This document shows, in pieces, positions 1-9,619 of a DNA stretch of 64,000 bases. How positions within the stretch are numbered: position 1 is the stretch's first letter; each line of letters opens with the position of its first letter. Source of the DNA: Candidatus Subterrananammoxibius californiae (GTDB lineage Bacteria > Planctomycetota > Brocadiia > Brocadiales > Subterrananammoxibiaceae); NCBI GenBank assembly GCA_030586555.1, contig JAURAC010000001.1, forward strand, positions 1 through 64,000. The letters run 5' to 3'. A program made the position numbers and the translations under genes. The notes beneath the pieces were generated by a model that was not told the DNA's origin, made no database searches, and saw nothing but the letters and a program-made list of their open reading frames with translations.

Positions 1-398
1 CTTTTAGCGTCAATTGCCACAACGATGCACTGGCTGCCGAATCGCTTTGATGCAGTGTTGACGAGGTCAGGATTCTTTACGGCGGCGGTGTTAATAGAGA
101 CCTTATCGGCGCCAGCGTTTAGCAGTCGTCTTATATCATCAATGCTGCGAATGCCTCCCCCCACTGTAAGGGGCATAAAGACCTGCTCTGCGGTTCTTTT
201 GACAACATCTATTATAATGTCTCTGTTCTCGTGCGATGCGGTTATGTCGAGGAAGGTTAACTCATCAGCTCTCTGTTCGTCATAAAGGGCGGCAGCCTCA
301 ACGGGGTCGCCAGCGTCACGAAGATTTACAAAATGCCTGCCCTTTACGACCCTGCCGTCCTTGACATCGAGGCACGGGATTATACGTTTTGCTAACAC
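1..398 (-). CDS. hisF: Imidazole glycerol phosphate synthase cyclase subunit (5' part; runs off window start)
   Basis: Not in ORF track. Manual translation from GTG at 398 gives [63 protein letters not shown]. Confidence 0.95.
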   Translation of the reverse strand, partial: MLAKRIIPCLDVKDGRVVKGRHFVNLRDAGDPVEAAALYDEQRADELTFLDITASHENRDIIIDVVKRTAEQVFMPLTVGGGIRSIDDIRRLLNAGADKVSINTAAVKNPDLVNTASKRFGSQCIVVAIDAK

Positions 399-410
399 GT
401 TCGCTCCGCC

Positions 411-457
411 AATCCCCCCACCCCCCCCTTTGTTAAAGGGGGGATAATGGGGGGATT
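411..457. repeat. C-tract/G-tract hairpin repeat (intergenic)
   Basis: aatcccccca-cccccccctttgttaaagggggg-ataatggggggatt; related hairpins at ~3579, ~34811, ~54258, ~59297. Confidence 0.65.
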
Positions 458-1220
458 AGAAGTCCTTTTCCGGACTGCTTGCCTTTGCGTAAAGGCGTTT
501 TGGGATTCTTCCGGCGAGGAATGCCATACGTCCCGATTCGCATGCAAGTTTCATTGCCCTTGCCATCTTAACAGGGTCTTTCGCAAGCGCCACACCCGTG
601 TTGAGTAATACGCCCTCGCAACCCAGTTCCATGGCAACGGTAACATCAGATGCAGTGCCCACGCCAGCATCCACTATAATTGGCACGGTTAGCGTTTCAA
701 GGATAATCCTTATATTATTTCTATTAAGAATCCCTTGCCCGGAGCCTATTGGGGCTCCTGCAGGCATGACGCTTGTTGCCCCTGCGTCCTGAAGTTTTCT
801 TGCCATTATGGGGTCGTCCGATGTATAAACAAGTACAGTGAAACCCTCTTTTACGAGGATTTGTGTTGCTTTCAGGGTTTCCATCGGGTCAGGCAAAAGG
901 GTCTTTTCATCGCCCAGTACCTCAAGCTTTATCATATCTGACATTCCTGCCTCTTTCGCCAGATGCGCTGTTCTAATGGCGTCATCAGCAGAGTAGCAGC
1001 CTGCAGTATTCGGCAGGATAGTATATTTCTTTCTGTCAATGTAATCCAGTAAGGATTCTTTTGTGCCAATATTTGCCCGTCTGACTGCTACCGTTACAAC
1101 CTCTGCCCCGCTCGCCTCTAACGCCTTTGACATTAATTCCATTGTGGGGTATTTCCCAGTGCCAACAAAAAGACGGGAGGAAAACTCATACTTGCCGAGC
1201 TTAAGTTTCGTATCTTCCAT
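456..1220 (-). CDS. thiG: Thiazole synthase
   Basis: [35 protein letters not shown] motifs; likely start ATG 1220 after SD-like AAGGGAAG; adjacent to thiS. Confidence 0.97.
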   Translation of the reverse strand: MEDTKLKLGKYEFSSRLFVGTGKYPTMELMSKALEASGAEVVTVAVRRANIGTKESLLDYIDRKKYTILPNTAGCYSADDAIRTAHLAKEAGMSDMIKLEVLGDEKTLLPDPMETLKATQILVKEGFTVLVYTSDDPIMARKLQDAGATSVMPAGAPIGSGQGILNRNNIRIILETLTVPIIVDAGVGTASDVTVAMELGCEGVLLNTGVALAKDPVKMARAMKLACESGRMAFLAGRIPKRLYAKASSPEKDF

Positions 1221-1232
1221 TTGCTTCCCTTT

Positions 1233-1314
1233 TGTCATTGCGAGCGAAGCGAAGTAATCTCTACCATTCGCCTGCTAATGGGATTGCTTCGGGACTTTAT
1301 CCCTCGCAATGACA
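1233..1314. repeat. TGTCATTGCGAG...CTCGCAATGACA inverted-repeat element (REP/MITE-like)
   Basis: 12-bp terminal inverted repeats; a half copy lies in frame in the M48 peptidase at ~19370-19401. Confidence 0.75.
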
Positions 1315-1324
1315 GATGGTGCAC

Positions 1325-1525
1325 TCATCCTCCACCGACAAACGTTACGACTTCAACCTTATCATTTTCTTTCAACCTTGTTTCGCCGTGCAATCGTCGG
1401 GGAATAATGTTTAAGTTAACCTCCACTGCAACACGATTTCTATCAATTTTCAAGGCTTCCAGCAGTTCGAGGATAGAAACGCCTTCCGGAAATGTCCTTG
1501 TCTCTCCATTAAGAATAATCTGCAT
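1325..1525 (-). CDS. thiS: Sulfur carrier protein ThiS
   Basis: 66 aa, C-terminal VTFVGGG, upstream of thiG. Confidence 0.96.
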   Translation of the reverse strand: MQIILNGETRTFPEGVSILELLEALKIDRNRVAVEVNLNIIPRRLHGETRLKENDKVEVVTFVGGG

Positions 1526-1633
1526 ATATTATATAAAGCCTTTTATTTTAACTGAATCTTGTGTATCATACACCCTTTAAAAAGGGTTTGTCAAGTACGC
1601 ATACTTTTTTGTGTCGAAGGTTAGGGTCTTTTT

Positions 1634-3577
1634 ATGATTACACCGATGAGTAAGATAGAAATTATCGGGCATAAGGGTCATCTGTACCCGACCTTAGAAG
1701 AACTCCAGAAATGGGGCAAACTTCACATAGATAATATCCCCACGGTTGATTTTGTCCGAGGTTCTTTTTTGCATCGAATTTACTTCGATGAGGCACAATG
1801 CAAGGAGAGGGACGTTCGTGAGATAATGGAGAAGGCGCTTGATGAAATCGTCAGCCAGATTCCGAGGGAAATTTACAATGAGCTGGATGAAAAGTTAAAA
1901 CAAGTAGGGGCGAAAGGCCGTTTGACCCTACGAGAAATAGAACCAGTTGAACTGCTTTTATTTGTAAAGGACATGCAAAATGAATTCCAGCCTTTAATTC
2001 GCAGGAAACAGGAACTGACGGACGAAATGGGTATTATACTTGAATATAAGAAGATTGCAAAATCGCTCCTTGAATTACTTTCAAAATACGAACTCGAAAA
2101 ACGGTGGGAAATAATAGGGATAACGATAAGCAAGGGGCAGGAGTATATAATAAGCCTGTTAAAGGAACAACTTGAGAGGATTACAAGCCATAACTACGCA
2201 GTTTTTCCATCCGACCCCTACGACGACAGGATTGCTATAATAATCGGATACGAAAGGTACTGTGCCGACGGGGTCCAAAGGCTGCTATTCGGCTCAGGTA
2301 TAAAGGAGATGCCTCTACCGATTAAATTCAGGGATAGACCGATTGATGTTACCCTTGCCCTTATGGAAGAGAGGATGCTTGTTCTGCCATCGGAAGTAGA
2401 CGAGGTAAAAGACGCTTTAAGGTCTTTTTTCCTCGAAAATGGCGCCAGGATTCTACAGGTGAGGGCTGATAATCAAGACCACCTTTTGCGTTTTAAAGTA
2501 TCTTCAAAATTTGCTCAGACAAAATATACATTCGTGATTCGAGGTTGGGCGCCAACCGATGAAGTGCATGCTATTAAAGAGGCACTCGAAGATAAATTTC
2601 AAGGACTTGTTGTTATGAAAGAGCTGCCTGTCAAAATGACCCATGATGAGCATACCCCCGTTGCTTTAAGGAATCCCAAGCTGATGCGCCCGTTTGAAAG
2701 ATTGGTAGGCTTCTATGCCTTACCAATGTACGGGACGATTGACCCAACATCGTCTTTATCGCTTTTCTTTCCCATATTCTTTGGTCTGGTGCTTGGTGAC
2801 GTAGGATATGGTATATTGCTGGCAACTTTTGCAGGGATAATGTATGCACTGGCAAGGGGAAGGCAATACCTTAAGGACATTTCACTTATCGCCATAACCT
2901 TTTCCATATATTCTATTATCTTTGGTTTTCTTTATGGGGAACTATTTGGCGTTCGGATGGGGCTTAAACCTCTACTGCCTCAATTGGCAAGGGGACATGC
3001 AAACAGTACAGAGGGGGTTGTTCTAAATTACTTGATTTTGGCTGTTTCTTTTGGCGGTCTCCACGTTCTTTATGGCATTGTGCTGGGAATAATAGTTTCA
3101 TTTAGAAGAACGGAAATTACAAAGGTTCTTGAGGGCTTTGCCAGGGTTATGATACTATTTGGAATAACTTTCATCGTTTGCAAATTAATGCATGTTTTGC
3201 CGTCCATATTTTTTCTTATTGGAATAGCACTCTTGATTATTTCAATACCATTTTTAATTTATGCCGGTGGGATACTTGCAAGCCTGGAAATATCAACGCT
3301 AATCGGAAATATATTATCTTACTGCCGCCTTATGGCGTTAGGTATGGGTTCTGTATATATAACCTTTGTTGGGGACGAACTCGACTACTTAATAGAAAAT
3401 GAGGTGCTTGGGAAGGTCGTATTAATTATTGTTCATGCGTTTAATCTGGTGGTACATATAGCCGTCCCCACAATACACGCCTTGAGGCTTCATTACGTAG
3501 AATTCTTTACAAAGTTTTTTGTCTCCGGCGGCAAACCATACGTGCCGTTAAAAAAGACGGAAATTATACTGTATTGA
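1634..3577 (+). CDS. V/A-type ATP synthase subunit I (a)
   Basis: P..L.NP...PFE, YGTIDPT, FFGLVLGDVGYG, LSYCRLMAL, HALRLHYVEFF motifs; no other ATPase subunits adjacent. Confidence 0.9.
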   Translation: MITPMSKIEIIGHKGHLYPTLEELQKWGKLHIDNIPTVDFVRGSFLHRIYFDEAQCKERDVREIMEKALDEIVSQIPREIYNELDEKLKQVGAKGRLTLREIEPVELLLFVKDMQNEFQPLIRRKQELTDEMGIILEYKKIAKSLLELLSKYELEKRWEIIGITISKGQEYIISLLKEQLERITSHNYAVFPSDPYDDRIAIIIGYERYCADGVQRLLFGSGIKEMPLPIKFRDRPIDVTLALMEERMLVLPSEVDEVKDALRSFFLENGARILQVRADNQDHLLRFKVSSKFAQTKYTFVIRGWAPTDEVHAIKEALEDKFQGLVVMKELPVKMTHDEHTPVALRNPKLMRPFERLVGFYALPMYGTIDPTSSLSLFFPIFFGLVLGDVGYGILLATFAGIMYALARGRQYLKDISLIAITFSIYSIIFGFLYGELFGVRMGLKPLLPQLARGHANSTEGVVLNYLILAVSFGGLHVLYGIVLGIIVSFRRTEITKVLEGFARVMILFGITFIVCKLMHVLPSIFFLIGIALLIISIPFLIYAGGILASLEISTLIGNILSYCRLMALGMGSVYITFVGDELDYLIENEVLGKVVLIIVHAFNLVVHIAVPTIHALRLHYVEFFTKFFVSGGKPYVPLKKTEIILY

Positions 3578-3657
3578 CACACCCCCTTCCCCTCTTCGGG
3601 GCACCCAAGCAGTGGCTTGGGTCGGGGGAGTAAGGGGTGTGTGGAAAGGGGTGAAAT

Positions 3658-4686
3658 ATGAAGGCTGTGGTCTTTTATGAGCATGGAGGAGTAGATAAAC
3701 TTAAATACACTGACGTTCCAGAACCAGAAATCTCACCAGCTGAGGTACTCGTAAGGGTGAGGGCGTGTGCGATTAATCATCTTGATATATGGGTCAGGCA
3801 GGGGATGCCGGGCGTTCGTATTCCTTTGCCTCACATACTTGGTTGTGAAGCTGCCGGGGAAGTAAGCAGGGTTGGAACACAGGTAAAGGATATAAACGTT
3901 GGGGATAGGGTACTTGTTGTCCCTGGTATATGTTGCGGCAGGTGCCATTATTGTCTTTCCGGATGGGACAGCCTCTGTAATGAGTACAAGATTATGGGGT
4001 ATCAGGTTCATGGCGGGTACGCAGAATTTGTGAAGGCGCCGTGGGAAAATATTATTCATATTTCGGACAGGCTGTCGTTTGAAGAATGGGCGTCTGTGCC
4101 ACTGGTTTTCCTAACTGCGTGGCACATGCTTGTTAGCAGGGCTAATCTGAAGGTGGGCGAAACGGTGCTTGTTCATGCGGCAGGAAGCGGCGTAGGGAGC
4201 GCAGCTATACAGGTGGCAAAGCTCATCGGAGCAAGGGTTATTGCAACGGCTGGAAGCGCAAAGAAGCTCGATAAAGCAAAGGAATTAGGCGCTGATGATG
4301 TAATTGATTATACTAAGGAAGACTTCCCGAAGGTTGTAAAGCAACTTACAAATCAAAGCGGTGCGGACGTTGTATTTGAGCATATAGGGCCAGAGACGTG
4401 GCAAAAGAGCCTTGCAAGCCTTTCTAAGGGTGGAAGACTGGTAACATGCGGGGCGACAAGCGGACCCACTGTTGAGGTTGATTTGAGATTTCTATTCGTA
4501 AAACAATTGTCAATATTCGGCTCATACATGGGTAGCAGAAAAGAGCTACTCGATGTGTTAAAACTGGTGGAGGAGGGCAAACTGAAACCTGTAATAGATA
4601 CCACATTTCCCCTCAAGGATGCGGTCAAGGCACAGCAGCGCATGCTTGATAGAAAGCAATTTGGCAAGATAGTTCTTAGCGCATAG
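3658..4686 (+). CDS. Zinc-binding alcohol dehydrogenase / quinone oxidoreductase (MDR family)
   Basis: CGRCHYC..C structural Zn site, AAGSGVG, C-terminal GKIVL. Confidence 0.92.
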   Translation: MKAVVFYEHGGVDKLKYTDVPEPEISPAEVLVRVRACAINHLDIWVRQGMPGVRIPLPHILGCEAAGEVSRVGTQVKDINVGDRVLVVPGICCGRCHYCLSGWDSLCNEYKIMGYQVHGGYAEFVKAPWENIIHISDRLSFEEWASVPLVFLTAWHMLVSRANLKVGETVLVHAAGSGVGSAAIQVAKLIGARVIATAGSAKKLDKAKELGADDVIDYTKEDFPKVVKQLTNQSGADVVFEHIGPETWQKSLASLSKGGRLVTCGATSGPTVEVDLRFLFVKQLSIFGSYMGSRKELLDVLKLVEEGKLKPVIDTTFPLKDAVKAQQRMLDRKQFGKIVLSA

Positions 4687-4846
4687 CTCATAACTAAATC
4701 CCAAATCCCAAAATTAAAATCCCAATTAAGGAATTTTTAATAATTGGTAATTGATTGGGATTTATTTGTAAGCAGCTATGAGCCAAATTGCTATCAACAT
4801 CTTGTGTGTTTTTTAAAAAAATATACAAAATATTGTAATTTTTTGC

Positions 4847-4874
4847 TTGACAAATTATTTCCATTGGGTATAAT
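4847..4874 (+). promoter_or_regulatory. Consensus sigma70 promoter
   Basis: TTGACA-N16-TATAAT. Confidence 0.7.
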
Positions 4875-4958
4875 ACCTCAAGTAATTTAAGGTAGATTTC
4901 CAAACAGAAGTTGTTAATGAGATTCAAGCACATAATACATGAAAGGGGGTGGGTATTC

Positions 4959-5000
4959 TTGGGTAAGGCGAAGAAAGGCAAAGCAAAGCCAAAGAAGTAG
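4959..5000 (+). CDS. Putative 13-aa Lys-rich micropeptide MGKAKKGKAKPKK
   Basis: TTG start after SD-like AAAGGGGGTG, downstream of a consensus promoter; ends with TAG TAA TGA in frame. Confidence 0.4.
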   Translation: MGKAKKGKAKPKK

Positions 5001-5314
5001 TAATGAGCCATTCGCCTTTGTGTGCTTTGTCACACCGAGCGTGAAGGCTTCAATCTGAGCCCTTCGGCAGTGAGCTCAGGGTCGAACTGCTCAGCCGAAG
5101 GTTCAAAAGACATACAGTATCATATAGGTTGTAAATTATTAAATGTCCTTTTTAAAAATTATAATTTTAACTTGCTAAAACTTTAACTGTCATACACTGT
5201 GCTTTTCTTATTAACAACTTCTGTGAGGAACGTCTTATTCTTAAGGTCGTGCGTTAGGGATGGCATTATTAAATTCTTCTTACACCTGAAATGATTGGAA
5301 GGAGGCAAAAGGAA

Positions 5315-5719
5315 ATGACACTCGGTGTTGTTGGGGCGGAGGTAAACGGAATGACGGGTTGTGTTGATGTAAGACTTTTTATTGAGGAAAAGCTCACTGC
5401 ATTTGATGAGGCAATAATGAATCATGAATTCCTCGAAATTGACGGAGATATTGAGGCAAGCGCTCCCGATGAACATCTCATCAAGGTCATTAATCATAAC
5501 ACGGAGGAGGCGCATTCAGTAACCGTTGATGCCGTCGTAAGGCAGAAACTCAACTCTATTGTTAGGGCGCTTGAAACGGGGGTAACAACAAGACTTTTTG
5601 GGATTACCAGGATTGTAGGCTACTACAGCAGGGTGAATAACTGGAATAAGAGTAAGAAGGCAGAATTGGCTGACAGGCATAGGGGTTCCTATAAGCTCAG
5701 TGAGTGCAAAGGGCTCTAA
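5315..5719 (+). CDS. Small protein carrying an anaerobic (class III) ribonucleotide reductase NrdD-type C-terminal glycyl-radical motif
   Basis: TRIVGYYSRVNNWNKSKKAELADR; SD GGAGG upstream of ATG 5315. Confidence 0.75.
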   Translation: MTLGVVGAEVNGMTGCVDVRLFIEEKLTAFDEAIMNHEFLEIDGDIEASAPDEHLIKVINHNTEEAHSVTVDAVVRQKLNSIVRALETGVTTRLFGITRIVGYYSRVNNWNKSKKAELADRHRGSYKLSECKGL

Positions 5720-5765
5720 ATAAAACCTGTTTTTATGCATTTTTCGATGGTTTTTTGCTTAATTG

Positions 5766-5806
5766 AAAAAGGCCACTCCGCATTAAACGGATAAGTGGCC
5801 TTTTTT
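5766..5806. terminator. Bidirectional intrinsic terminator
   Basis: aaaaaggccact...agtggcctttttt between convergent genes. Confidence 0.75.
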
Positions 5807-6287
5807 ATTTCCAGATAAGTGCAAAAGCCTTTTCAACCGCATCCTCTGCGTTCATGGCAGGAATTATTGAACGATTCTCTATGCGCCCCTCTTCCAATTG
5901 CCATGTCCCTAAACCAATCACAGGTTTTTGGCGGATAAGGGCAAGGGCAATCTCTGAGAGTGTTCCGAGCTTCCCACTTACTGCAATTACTGCATCTCCT
6001 GACGAAGCAACTATGACGTTACGGGCTATTCCCATGCCTGTAACAATGGCAACGTCTATAAAAGGGTTTGCACCCGCAGGATTATCCCCGGGGATGATGC
6101 CTATGGTTAGCCCACCTTCTTCTTTAGCCCCTTTTGCAACCTCTGTCATTACCCCTCCAAGTCCGCCACAGATAACTACTGCTCCTCGACGGGCTATCTC
6201 TCTACCAAGCTCCGCAGCCGTGGATGCCTCTTCAGGAGTTATTTCCCCACCAGCGCCAATCACTGAAATACATATCCTTCTTCCCAT
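5805..6287 (-). CDS. TIGR00725-like LOG/SLOG family protein
   Basis: ICGGLGGVM, GMGIARN, GTLSEIA motifs. Confidence 0.88.
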   Translation of the reverse strand: MGRRICISVIGAGGEITPEEASTAAELGREIARRGAVVICGGLGGVMTEVAKGAKEEGGLTIGIIPGDNPAGANPFIDVAIVTGMGIARNVIVASSGDAVIAVSGKLGTLSEIALALIRQKPVIGLGTWQLEEGRIENRSIIPAMNAEDAVEKAFALIWK

Positions 6288-6304
6288 AATCCGGCAAGTC
6301 TTGA

Positions 6305-6332
6305 GTAGGGGCGTATGGCAATACGCCCCTAC
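6305..6332. repeat. GTAG-type REP palindrome
   Basis: gtaggggcgtatggcaatacgcccctac; family members at 18266, 20509, 31960, 38211, 41579, 42346, 49222, 51133, 52076. Confidence 0.85.
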
Positions 6333-6334
6333 CG

Positions 6335-7255
6335 CTAATAAATTATCTTGTTGACCAGTTGTCCGTAAAGGTCCCCAAAACCGATAACATCCTTGACCTT
6401 AACCGCTACTGGTATAGAATCACTGGAAAAACAAACAAAAATCTCCCCCTTCGTGGAGTCTACAATCTCTGGAGCCAAATTGATTTTTGCAACAAAACCA
6501 AAGTGATTTTCCTCATTTTCTGAAAGGGCAAATTCCCTTTTGCAGTTTTTAGAGCATACCTCAAAGGTTAAATTTGTAGGGCTCTCTTTAACCATAATGT
6601 TTGTGTTGTAAATTGAACCTTCATTAATCTCCCCATAAGCACCATCACAAAGATTGTGGAAGGCTGTAACGGGGTCCTCGGCGATAATTCCCGAAGGGAT
6701 AGGAACAATCTTTTCTTTTTCTAATACGTCATTCTTTCGATATTCAAAGACACATACACCCTTTTCATAATCAAACTTAATTGTTTTATCCCGAACTTCT
6801 TTGCCCTTTATTCTCTTCTGAGACGAATGCAAGGGCCTCAACTTGTTGCTTTTTTTGTCGAATTCCATTATTGTTTGATAAATCACCTGCCTTTTAACTA
6901 TGCTGGCAAATATTCCCAAGGGATGCGCCTCAAGGGTGACCGTATATGTGGCTGGTTTATCCGTTCTTTCAATTGTTGCAGTGCCAATGCCTATCTTCGG
7001 AAATATCCAGAAGCCGATATTGTAATTTAATTTGCATCCCCTGGCTTCAACAAGCTCAGACAAACCCATTAAGGTGTAGTGACCTTGACCTGCCTGCACC
7101 CCACACTCAGCATTCCGGATTCCCCACTCGTGAAGCTCCCCCAGAGTAAGTAAAGAGCAAACATTGACCAAAAAGAAAGATAAAACAAAAAAGGCAGCGC
7201 TTACTCCAGGTTTATTTAACCCTGTAAGGCTGCCTTTTTGGATGTTAAGAAGCAT
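6335..7255 (-). CDS. DUF3108-like exported protein (start uncertain)
   Basis: Hydrophobic N-terminal segment and beta-rich body with EDPVTAF; heptamer-derived WGIRNAECGV insert. Confidence 0.6.
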   Translation of the reverse strand: MLLNIQKGSLTGLNKPGVSAAFFVLSFFLVNVCSLLTLGELHEWGIRNAECGVQAGQGHYTLMGLSELVEARGCKLNYNIGFWIFPKIGIGTATIERTDKPATYTVTLEAHPLGIFASIVKRQVIYQTIMEFDKKSNKLRPLHSSQKRIKGKEVRDKTIKFDYEKGVCVFEYRKNDVLEKEKIVPIPSGIIAEDPVTAFHNLCDGAYGEINEGSIYNTNIMVKESPTNLTFEVCSKNCKREFALSENEENHFGFVAKINLAPEIVDSTKGEIFVCFSSDSIPVAVKVKDVIGFGDLYGQLVNKIIY

Positions 7256-7276
7256 TAAGTATATTACCTACATAGT

Positions 7277-7705
7277 TTATTTTTGCACATCAGACGGTCC
7301 ACCATAGGGGAAAATCTGGGGCCATTTCTCTGGCTGACATACTTCGATTGTAACAAATCTGATTTCGCCCGGCTTCAGGTCAATATTAACGGATTTGTTT
7401 GCTGCTGGCCAACCCGGTCCTGCGTGTCCTCCATGCGCTACTTCTGAACCTTTTGTCTGTGCACTAACAGTATAGGAACCTGCTTTTACGTCAAAAATGC
7501 AAGCCCCATTCTTTTTGGTTGTCTCAGACCTGTCACCTAAAGCAACATCTGCACCTTGCTGTGGCGCACCATAACAAATCACTATTGCAACAACCCTGGC
7601 AGATTGCTCCTCAGCCCCGGCAATTGTACCATATCCAAATCCTAAGAAAGCAAAAAGTGCCACACTGCTTACTACAGCTAAACATTTTTTAAGGCTAATG
7701 CGCAT
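7277..7705 (-). CDS. Secreted protein, carboxypeptidase-regulatory-like beta-sandwich
   Basis: Signal peptide; GADV..T..NG...F.VKAGSYTVSA pattern; SD AAGGAG. Confidence 0.6.
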   Translation of the reverse strand: MRISLKKCLAVVSSVALFAFLGFGYGTIAGAEEQSARVVAIVICYGAPQQGADVALGDRSETTKKNGACIFDVKAGSYTVSAQTKGSEVAHGGHAGPGWPAANKSVNIDLKPGEIRFVTIEVCQPEKWPQIFPYGGPSDVQK

Positions 7706-8391
7706 AACTATATTCTCCTTTCTTTGTTATGCCTCTGAGGGCTGCGCCCTCCTCTAACTCTAACCAAAATCAATGCTATCTGCTTAAATATAAATTTGCG
7801 TCGCTAAAAATTTCTCTCCCACCTCACCTCCTTCAAATAAATATCTTGCATCAGAAAGCGTTATTAAAATATGGCTTAGAATTGTAGTGAGTCCTTAGAC
7901 AAACTCAGAATAAGCTCTTCGAATCTAAAGGTGGCATATTATATACTCTCAGTAAAAAAGATTCAACATAAAAATTGAAAAAATCTCTTATTTCATTTAT
8001 CAATGACCTTATGTTATTAAGGCAAAGGAATTTACAAACATTAAAAATCACAGAATTTTTTTGATGCGCCTTAAAATTTCACTTCTGAATCCAGAAAAAT
8101 TTCATGCTATTACAAAACCAACAAGTCCCTCGAACTTGCTTTTTTACGGTTTTAATTCTTTGCTGGATTTCACTACCGAATCGCGCAACCCTGGTTCATC
8201 AATCAGAGGTTAAGTCCATCAGAAATCATAAAAGTGGATATTTCTAAGTAGACCTGTAATAATAAAAAAGAATTTCTTGAAATTTTTTGTACCGTGGGCT
8301 ATATTATTTTTACAATATACCGAATTACTATAAGGATGGCGAATCTTTATCTTTTTTGAAAAAAGTAAACGTTATATTGAGGACTTTAGCG

Positions 8392-8835
8392 ATGGAAAAG
8401 AAATCTGATTCTTATAATTTGCCTCCCGTTGCCACGCCAAATTATAATTTTGCAATTAATGCCCCAGAGTTTAAGATGAACGAAGATGATTTCCTTATCT
8501 GGTTTTTAGAAGGGGTATTAGAAATACATCCCGATTACTACGACTGTTTAATGTATCTTGGGAATATTTATACGGCAAAAGGTATGTACGAAAAAGGCTT
8601 AAATGCTGATTTGAAATTGGCAGAACTTAAACCGACCGAGCCGCTTATTCAGTATAATCTTGCATGCAGTTATTCCCTTCTCGGAAATATTGATGCCGCA
8701 ATTAACATCCTTAAAAAGGCGATTGACCTTGGTTATAAGGATGTGGAACACCTCGAACGAGATAGCGACCTTATCAACATAAGGTCAGACAAAAGGTATA
8801 AGGAACTTATAGAAGAACTCAGAGCCAAAGGCTGA
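8392..8835 (+). CDS. Tetratricopeptide repeat protein
   Basis: YNLACSYSLLG..A...LKKAIDLGY..D.DL..IR.D.RY end-of-TPR pattern; likely start ATG 8392. Confidence 0.85.
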   Translation: MEKKSDSYNLPPVATPNYNFAINAPEFKMNEDDFLIWFLEGVLEIHPDYYDCLMYLGNIYTAKGMYEKGLNADLKLAELKPTEPLIQYNLACSYSLLGNIDAAINILKKAIDLGYKDVEHLERDSDLINIRSDKRYKELIEELRAKG

Positions 8836-8848
8836 CAAAGAAAAGGGC

Positions 8849-9619
8849 TCACCTTTTTGAAAAAAGGTAAGCGTCATGAACAATTTTTATTCCTTCCAGT
8901 GTAAGGTGTGGAATAATATCAGATATTAGAGGAATATCAGGTCCAATTAATTCTGCATCACCGCCTGTTGCAATTACCTTTGGTTGACCCGCCTCAGGCG
9001 GGAGCTCATTAAAAAGCTCCCTTAAAATCCTTTCAACCATTCCCACAGTTCCCCAATAGACGCCAGACCTTATTGCCTCTTCAGTGTTTTTGCCTAAGGT
9101 ATGGGAAGGTTTATTAATTGATACTCTGGGCAAAAGGGCAGTCCTATTTTTTAAAGCGTATGCAGAGGTTTCAATACCGGGGGCGATTGCCCCACCGAGA
9201 TATTCACCTTTATCGGAGACCACGTCAAATGTTATAGCAGTACCAAAGTCAACGACTATTGCACTTGCCCGTATCCTTTGAAACGCCGCAATCGCATTGA
9301 GCAGTCTATCAATGCCAACCCTTTCAGGATTCTTTACAAGGATGGGGATTTTGATAGGAATATCCGTACCAACTTTTAGTGGGGTTCTACCATGGTTCTT
9401 TTCTAACCAGTCGCAAAAGATTTTTTCTGCGTTAGGATTTACCGATGCAACGGCAATATTTTTGGTTTGATTAAGTATGTCAGGATTAAGTTCTTTCGAG
9501 AGGGCTTTGCGGAGTGTTTTTTGCTCAGCAACCCTTATGCGAAAATTATGCGTCAGGTTTTCTGTTTCAAAGATGCCAACACCGATATTTGTATTCCCTA
9601 CGTCAACCGCCATCAACAT
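8849..9619 (-). CDS. coaX: Type III pantothenate kinase
   Basis: DVGNTN, VGIDR, DFGTAITFD, GGAIAPG, ATGGD. Confidence 0.95.
   Translation of the reverse strand: MLMAVDVGNTNIGVGIFETENLTHNFRIRVAEQKTLRKALSKELNPDILNQTKNIAVASVNPNAEKIFCDWLEKNHGRTPLKVGTDIPIKIPILVKNPERVGIDRLLNAIAAFQRIRASAIVVDFGTAITFDVVSDKGEYLGGAIAPGIETSAYALKNRTALLPRVSINKPSHTLGKNTEEAIRSGVYWGTVGMVERILRELFNELPPEAGQPKVIATGGDAELIGPDIPLISDIIPHLTLEGIKIVHDAYLFSKR

Noticed and set aside
25..285. 86-aa plus-strand ORF and the many other short antisense ORFs in the track
   Set aside because: They are shadows of real genes on the opposite strand (here hisF) with no independent motifs.
1526..1633. TPP riboswitch upstream of thiS-thiG
   Set aside because: No CTGAGA or other TPP core motif is visible in the short AT-rich spacer.
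7740..8390. Riboswitch or sRNA in the long intergenic region (GACGCAAA on the minus strand; GGAGGTGA tract)
   Set aside because: I could not build the c-di-GMP-I or any other known fold by eye; an Rfam/Infernal scan is needed.
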